Shown here: positions 22,201 to 31,200 of the stretch, piece after piece
Position numbering within the stretch: position 1 is the stretch's first letter
Layout: each line of letters starts with the position of its first letter
Virus record (IMG/VR): IMGVR_UViG_3300032249_000861
Coordinates: 32,001-96,000 of that record
Source: a virus
Length of the DNA stretch: 64,000 bases
Strand: one strand, 5' to 3'
Translations under genes and position numbers: made by a program
The notes under the pieces: model-generated
Database searches by the model: none
What the model saw: the letters and a program-made list of their open reading frames with translations, nothing else
What the model was told of the DNA's origin: nothing

Positions 22201-25200
22201 AGTGGATCTTCAAGATCTGGTCAAAGATCACCAGTTAATAGTAGTTTTAAAGCCGACAATCTAAGCTTTAAAGCGTATTCTAATGCTAGAGAAGAAAAAT
22301 ACTCAAAAAGATACGAAGGCACCAGAGATCGATTCCCTAGAGAAACAGAGAAATTTTCTAGTGGGGGCTTAGTTACTCCATACTATTTACAGGACGGAAC
22401 AGAAAAACCACTATCTAAAAGACCCTTTATGGTAAAGATGGAGAAACCAGAAGACCCTCTTGAGGCTGCTGAACGCCGTCGTGCCCGTGCTCTTAAAGCG
22501 TCCCATCCAGAGATTACTAGAGTCAGACAACCATCTTTGGTTCCTGGGGATCCTAGAGCATTAAGACACAAAGAAAGCTTCTATAGACTAGATGTTAATA
22601 GTGATGGTGTTCTAGATGCAAAAGAAGGCAGACCACATCCTGAACTTGATAGAGATTTAGATCGAAGAATAACACTAGAAGAATGGGACGGAATCGATCC
22701 TGGTGAATTTGACCCAGATGATTCAAGCCATGTTCTGCGAGACAGTAAAGGCAATCCTTTAACTCCTGGACTTATGGGAAGCCCATTTGAAAAAAGGCAT
22801 CGTTCTTTAATGGCTTCTGTTGCTATGGATGAAGAAAAACTTGCTAAGGGTGAACCTTTAGTGGACTCTAATGGAAAACCCATAGACTTAGCAAGTAAAA
22901 GGAAAGAACTAGCCATATTTAATGCTCAGTCTGGTCTATATAATACTAGTCAATCACTTATAGCAAGACAAAAAAATATTGACGATAGTCTAACCAAACG
23001 ATTAACTGGTGGCGGTTCTCTTCGTAATCCTGATAGTTCTTATGCTGTTACGAGAGAATTTAATAAGATTCGTGATCGGAGATCTGCTTTTGAAGAAGAA
23101 AGAAGAGGTCAAAGAGCCAAAGATGAGAACGCAACAGATGAAGAGATATTTGATCGCACAGTAGAAGCCTATGGGCAGGGAGATTCAGATTATTGGCGTA
23201 GTATGGGCGTTACTGAAGCACCAAACTCTTATGATGAATCTAATACTCTGAATTTTATTCGCTCAGGTGATCGTCTTGCAAGCAGAGGAGATCCTTATGG
23301 AGACAAGGCCAGAGCATATATAGACGGATATATCGCATCACAAGGTGCTAGACAACAGCAGGACAGAGTAGATATTGGCATGGGAAGACCTACCATATCT
23401 CCGGACAAAGCTGTAGTAGGTACTCAAGGTCCAGTAGACGATCTTAATTATTTGATAGACCGAAATGAAGTAGGTAGAGCGGTAAAGTATAAAGCAGAAC
23501 AAGCAAAGACTGAGGAAGAGAATAAGCAGAGAGATGATGCTCAGGTAAAACAAGCAGAAAAACAAGCAAGCTTAGAAAAAAGAGATAAAGAACTAGGCAT
23601 AGACACTAGCGGCATTAATCGAGATATATATGAGAGTGGTGGGGGTTTTTCAAATCAGCCAGGAAGTGGCAGAAAAGTTACAGTAGAAGAACAAACACAA
23701 AGAAAAAGAGAAAGGGCTATAGCAGATAGATTTTCGTTCACAGATAAAACAGGAAAATACTCTACTGCTGGTACTATTGATAAGGTTGATTTTGAAAAAG
23801 GTACAGTTAAAATAGCTAAGATGGATCCGAAAACTGGGGAGCCTATTACCAGAACGGTTCCGGTTTTTGCTGGTGGTGAAACAGAAGAAGCGATTAAGGC
23901 TTCTGGTAGAGATCCCAGAAGATTCAAGGTTGGGGAGAAAGAAGAACAAGTATACACTACTGTACCACTAGATAAGCTTAGTGATAAATCTAGAGATAAA
24001 GTTAGATCTTATGGCTTAGAGAAAGAAGCAGACAAAGCTAAGACTGGTGAAAATTTTACAGTTGGCACTAGTTTTGAAGATTATAAAGGTAAAATATTTA
24101 GAGTAGATGAAAAATCTGAAAAAGTTATTGTTCAAAAGGAAGATGGCAAACTAGTTAGTGTTCCTATGGGAATAATAGATCCCGAAACAAAAAATATAGC
24201 ACTAGATCAAGCCAAGACAGCTACTACAGTTACTGATTTAACACAGAAACAGATGGATGCAGATATCGGTAATATTGATTTCACTTCATCATTACCAGAA
24301 CCTCAGGTTCCATTAATTGAGGACTTTACTGATAGAGCAAATGAAGTTCGTCAAGAGACTATGAACAATGCTGCTTTAGAACAGACAAAGATGGATCAGT
24401 TACCGGTGATGTCTGAACCAGTACCAACTTCAGGTACTATTGATCCTCTTACTGGCAAAGTTGTTGGGAATAATGTTTCTATGGACTTGAATCCAGACGG
24501 AACTCGCACTCCAGAACAATTAAACATATTAAACCAACAAGCTACCAGAGATGCAGACAGACGTAATTCTAACGCAAGATACGAGGAGCTTAGAGCTCGA
24601 TCAAAAGCAGAGTCTTCATATGACAGATCATGGTTTGGAGAAAACTGGCCCAAAGAATGGGGAGGAGTATCAAAGCCCGAAAAAAGATTAACAAGAAAAG
24701 AATTAGAAGAACTTGGGGCTATGGAAAGTGAAAGAGGTGTTCCTGCATTATCAAGATTAGGAGCCAACACAAGAGTAGAACAAACAAGGAGAAATGCTGG
24801 GTTAGACGAAGCACAAATTGAAAGTTTGAGTCAACAAAAAACAGAACAGTTTAAAGCTGAACTTGAGAAAAAAAATGACGCAGAAGGTGGGGTGGCTGTT
24901 GGACTAGCTGCTCAAAGAGCAGTAGTTCCATTATTAGCTGGTGCTACCGCTGTTGCTGCTGCGCCTGCTTTAGTTCCAGCAGGAGTAATTGGTGCTGGAC
25001 TTACCATTGCTGGCGGTGTTGGTTTTAGTTTGGGTGCTAATAAACTACAAGATGTGGCATTAGAAGGTACAGATTTTGACAAGAGGCAAAAAGAATTGGC
25101 AGAAAAAAGGCCAGGAGCAACTGCTGTTGGGTCTTTATTACCAGGATTATTAACGGGCAATCCACTGACTGGTGCAACTACTCTGCGACAAGCACTAGCA

Positions 25201-28200
25201 ACAAGAGCTGCTAGCGGAGCTACTGAAGCAGCACTAGGGGCGGGCATCAGAGGAGCAACTAGTGGTGGAGATTTCGGTACCGTACAAGATGTTGGAATGG
25301 ACTTTATCTCTGGAGCTATTCTTCCGTCTCCTAATTTTGGAGGTAAGGGATCAAAAAACTATAATATTCCAGAAGGTCCAGCAAAACCCAAAACAGAAGC
25401 AGTCGCTTTAAAAGAACTTGCTAAAACAGTTAAGGCTGAACAACGAGCAATCACAGAAGAAAATGTTCTTGATGGTGCTGAAATATTAGCAACAAAAAGA
25501 AAACAAGAAGAAGTTAGAAGAGCAGCACAAGAAAAACAAAGAGTCAGAGATGAAGCAGAAGCAGTGAAAGAATCAGGAAGAGAAAAGGCTGTTTTTGATG
25601 TTTTCACTATTGGAGGAAGATTAAGTGATGATAATATAGCCAGTGCCCTAAAGTCAGCCAAGGAAAAAACTGTAACAGGAACCAAGTTACTAACCGGCAA
25701 AGTTACCGGCAAGCCTAGGGGAGATTTAATAGAGCAGAATCCTACACTAGCTAGTAGACTAGGGGTGTCAACTCCAGGATTAGATGCTGTCAAGAATGGA
25801 CAAAATATAACAGCAAAAGATTTAGTTGCAAAACTAAAAGATGAAGGTTTTAGTGAAGAATATGCTAAGAAGGTCTCAAGAGAGCGTACTCTTAAGATGG
25901 TATCAGATCTTGCTACCGAACGATCAAAAAGAAAAGATGAATCAATACAACAAGTGGCTTCTGAATATAAAGACGCTGTAACTGGTGTTGAAGATCCTAA
26001 TAAGCGAGCCAAAATTAAGGCTAAATTTCAAACCAGACTGCAAAAAGAACTATCGTCTATAGTATCTGACACTAACGACAGAGCAGAAGCATTTGATTCT
26101 GGTATGACGGTTCAAGAACTTAAAAAACAAAGAGCAGCAGAAGCTCAAGCCAAAGATAAAGCAGAGTCTGATAAATTAATACAAGAGTTTGATTCTACTC
26201 TAGGATCAAGTAAGCCAATAACTATTGATAATCCGCCCATCGGAGAACCTCTCGATCTAGGAGTAGACCCACTCGCACCAATAACGTCTGCCAGGGATAA
26301 TGCCGCTACTACGGCAGCTAGTACAAAACCGATATCAACAGAAGAACAGTCTCCGGTTGGAGAAACCACAATTCCTCAGCCTAATAAAGATGCTGCTGAT
26401 ACCGTAACTGCCGGTACAAAACCAGTCGATGCTGCAACAGTAGCAGCAAAAAACCAGACAGTAGTCAAGGCAGCAGAACAAGAAAATACATCTTCGCTAC
26501 AAACATCAGCGATACCGCAGCCCAAACCCTATAATCCTACAGATTATCCTATTATGGATAGTATTATGAGAGGAGGAAAGAACGGCCATTATGGTCCGAT
26601 GGGTACTACTAATATAACAGGTAAACAAAATATTCATGGAATAAGCGGATGGAAAACTAGACTCATACCAAAAGACGACGCGTCTGCAGCAAAAATTAAA
26701 GAATTTTTAGATACTCATCCAGATATAGGGTCATATAAGTTAGCATTAAATGAGGGACCAGTACCAGTATTTAGTGTCTATTTCAAAAAAGGCACCAAAG
26801 ATGAAGCACTATCTTTTGCACAAGCTAGTGAAAAAGGACTAAAAGATAGTTTAGATCCTCGTTTATATCAGGGTGCTGATACTCTGCTAGAAGGGACAAA
26901 TATTTCCGCAAGATTTGATGCTAGAGATCTAAAGAATAAATCAGCATCATCAATTATAGATAGACAACTAGAGAATTCTCCTTTTAGTAGAGGATTTTTA
27001 AAAGCTGAAGAACTGAATCTACAAATACTTCCATCAAATACGGCACCTGGGTCAACGGCTAGCAGAGCAATGCCAAACATTACTGCTGGCACCAGAGGAG
27101 TACCAGATACCGGGTATGTTGATTGGTTAAAAACAAAAAAGTTTTTGGCGAAAGATCCTAAAAAGATAGCTAGTCTAGATGCAGAGATACAAAGAGCTAC
27201 TAACGTAGCAGATGATTGGCTAAAAGAAAATATGTCCGACATCTACAGCGCATCTGCTGAACGAACAGCTAGAGAATCAACAGGCCCACAACAACAAGCA
27301 GTAGTTGAAACAGCAACAAGAGACGCTACGAGCAGGCCAACCAAATCCGGTTTTGTTCGAGATAAATCATTACCGATAAACGAAGTAGACGATCTAGCTT
27401 CTGCCGGATTTGGAGTTATAAGCCCAGACCAAGAAGTAGAAAGTGTTATAAGGGGTGCAAGAGAAAATTTTCTTGGCTCTTTAACTAAACCAGCAGCATT
27501 ATTACAGCCAGAAACATACCAAAAATATGCAGACCAACTATTAGAACTAGAAAAATCAGGAAAAATAAAAATAACCAAAGGCGCTTCATTTGGTACTAGT
27601 GGCCAACCAAGTATATTTGTAGGAAAACCAGAAAATGTAGATATTCTTGCAAAAGCTTTTGAATCTGAAACAGCAAGGACACGAGAAACGAGAGGTTCAA
27701 CATCAAATGAATTTAAAGAAACGGTAGGAAAAGCATTAGGATATAGTAAAGATAGTATAGCCCTACATATATTAGAAAAAGATTGGGATAAAGCAGGATT
27801 AGATATAGACACTATTCAAGATAGATTACAAGTTAGTCGTGGTGCTGCTGCTCGGTATATGGTATCAGAAATTAATAAAGCTAAAGAACAAGCATCAGTT
27901 GAGCAAGGAGTAAAAGAATCAATAAACCCGCCCATCAAAGATCCTATTACTGGAGATGAATTTGAATTAGGACCTGGAGATGATTTTCAATTAGGAGGTC
28001 TTGGAGAAGATCCGTTGGCACCGGCTCCTATAATAAAACCAGAAAATGTATTACCTGAAGCAAGAGCAGAATCAGAAGCTCGTAGAGCCGAAACAGCAAC
28101 CTCACGAACTAAATCTAGTATTGTTGATGAAGATGAGTTTGTTTTAGGAGACATGGAAGATGATAGTACTGTCGTAGCTGTTGAGCCTGACGATGGTTCG

Positions 28201-31200
28201 AACTTTTTTGGAGAAGCATTCGCTGCCGCCGCACAAGAAGCCAGAGCCATAGAAGCAACAAGGGCTCAGATTGAAACCAACGATAAGTTTGTTGTTGACC
28301 AGCCTGATATGATGACAGCTTCAGAGCTTGACCCAATAACAAGAGCTTCTAGTAGGAGGGTTTGGGGATCTGATAAGGCTTTTGAAAATATGCCCAAACC
28401 CAAAATTTCTAGAGAAAAAGTCAAAGCACTAGACACTGGCGAGCCTGACGAGATGACAGCTTCAGAGCTTACTCCTCTACAGAGGGCCGTTATTAATAAG
28501 TCATTCGGACTTGATTCTGATAAAGGTTTCGAATTGCGAGAACAACTTATAGCTCAAAAAAGAGAAGCAGATATACTTCCAGAAGACTTTTTTCCAAACG
28601 GTTCATCAAGAACAGAAACTCCATTATCTTCAGCTAGAACAGAAGCAGAAGCTAAGAATCCTGGTACCGTATTTGAAGGACAGTTAGAAGCAGCATTAAC
28701 CGATGCTTCTTCTCCAGAAGCTTTAAAAGCTTCTGCAGAAGCTCAACAAAGATTAGCAGCACAAAAATTAGCAGCAAAATCTCCAGAACAAATATCTGTA
28801 GAAAAAACATATGGTCCTTTATATAGAGAAGCTAAAAAAGCTAATGATACAGCGGAGATGGCCAGAATACGATTAGAAGCTAATGCAGAATTTAAGAAAC
28901 GCTCTCAAGAAGCTTCTACAAGATCTGAAGATAAAAAGAACAATTTCCTTCCTGTTATGGGTAGGGTCTTAAAGATAGCCGCCCCAATCGGATCAGCTAT
29001 TGGTTATGGACTAGGATCGTTATTAAGTGGTTCTATGGGCAGAAAAAAAGAAGAACCTCAAGATTTAGCTTCTAGGTTAGAAAATGCTTCTGATCTACAA
29101 GAAGTTTTTGATCTTTTAAAACTAGCAGAAAAAGACAAGATAGGAAACCCGACTAATCCTTTAAGAGAAATAGGCGGATCATCCCCACTTATTGCTAAAT
29201 TACAAAAACTAGCTCCAGAAATATATGGTAAAAAAGGTAGTGACTATTTTAGCTCTCAAGACTTAGCAGCTATGCCGGAAGACGCATATAATGAGAATTT
29301 TCTAGAAAGATTAAAAGATAATGCAACATTCGAGAAGATGAAAAGAGAACAAAAGGTAGCTGAACCTGCTCGCTTAAAGAGTGATGAGGCTGCACGGGCT
29401 ACAACAAGAGATCTTATAACGCAATGGTCTCAAGACTTTGCTATGGCGGGTAATGATGTCCGAACTCCTCCAGGTTCTGATCCTAAAAAAGCTAGAAATC
29501 CGTTAAAAGCCATGTCACGAGAAATGGCAGAAAGAGCACAAGAAAGAAGAAGTGGATTCCCCACAGACGATCAAGGAAACGATCTACAGATAGGCACTAT
29601 GATTCCCGCCCCGATATCGGTTTTAGATCGTACAAAAAATGATGCTGCAGCGATGAGAGAAATTGACGAAAAAGATAATAATGCTGCTCCGATGCTGGAA
29701 GTTAAGAAACCAGTAAAGAAATCTCTTGGGGGTTTAATTTATGCGTCGAAAGGAACCTTAGTAAACTACCAACCTCGTGGAACTGACACAGTACCAGCAA
29801 TGTTAACTCCGGGCGAGTTTGTTGTTAATGCCAGAGCAACAGCAGATAACTACCCATTACTAAAAGCTATTAATAGCGGAACTAACGTTGATACTACTGC
29901 TAATATGAGTAAGGGCGGTGTGGTTTATGCTCAAGAAGGAGCATTAGTACCTAGCTTCGGAATGCATATTCCATCTTTAGATCCAGACAAAAATACTAAA
30001 TTAACCCTATTACCAGAAAGCTCTTTAGATCAAGCAAATACAAAAGAAGCTTTTCGAGAATATGGAAACGCTCGACCTTCCTATCAATCAAGACCACAAC
30101 TACCAAAGCCAACTGTTCAATCAGGATCTTTTAAAGAAGGAGTTCATGATAGAAATTCTGTTATAAAAGATAGTGAATATTCTAGAAGTTTAAAGAGAAT
30201 GGGTATTCCACACGTATCACAGAGTGGTGGATCTAAAACCTATTTGGATCAAAATGGCAGAGAAATTTCAGCAAATGAATTTAAACTTTTACCAGAAACG
30301 TCTTTTAATCATCCAGAATATGCAGTCATGCGTAGCAGAGCAGCTTTTGCTGCTGGAGCTGCTAAGTCTGTTGTTCCTCAAATGGGGGCTACGTCTGGGG
30401 CTATAGCAGGAGCAGCTGCCGGAGCCGTATTAGGACCTCCCGGAGTAATTGCCGGAGGCTTGATTGGAGGTTTGACTGGTGGTATAATGGGATCGGCATT
30501 ACAAGAAACAGCATTAGATATAGCAAATCCAGAGGCTAACGCTATAGCTAATCAACTAATGGATCAAAATCCCGTATCAGCAATGGCAGGATCAGCAGCA
30601 GGAGACATTGCAACAGGAGGATTACTATCATTAGCCTTGCCTTCTATACCAACACCAACAAGGGCTGGAGATTCAATGGTTGGTCCCGGAGGACTAACAC
30701 CAAAACAAATAAAACATGCTGAAAAAGGATTAAATAGACCCATATCAGAAGCGATTACTCCGTTTACAGGAATGAAAGGATTTGGAGGTCGTTATGTTGA
30801 CGGTCCAATAAGTGTTGATCAGTTAGTATATAAATCCAGAGACAACTTGGCTGAGAGTATTCATTACTCTGGGGCAGATCCCAAAACATTTGATTCATTA
30901 ACAACAAGATTAACAGAACCTGTTCCTGGAGCTCTTGGTGATTATTACCAGGGACTAAGCAGGATATCTCCTAAAGCTCCTCCAGAACATATTATTGGAA
31001 CAATAGCTCATGAGGCTGGCCATCATTATCAAACAATGAAGGACCCTACTGGAAGATTCGTAAAAACTTGGATGTCAGATAATAGAGATCAAGCAAGTGA
31101 CTGGATTTTAAAAAGAACATCCTCTCCTCAATATCTTGAAACTGCAACTCCAAGAAACCAGGTGAATTATGGAGTTAATGATATGCTGAGTGGGGATTTT

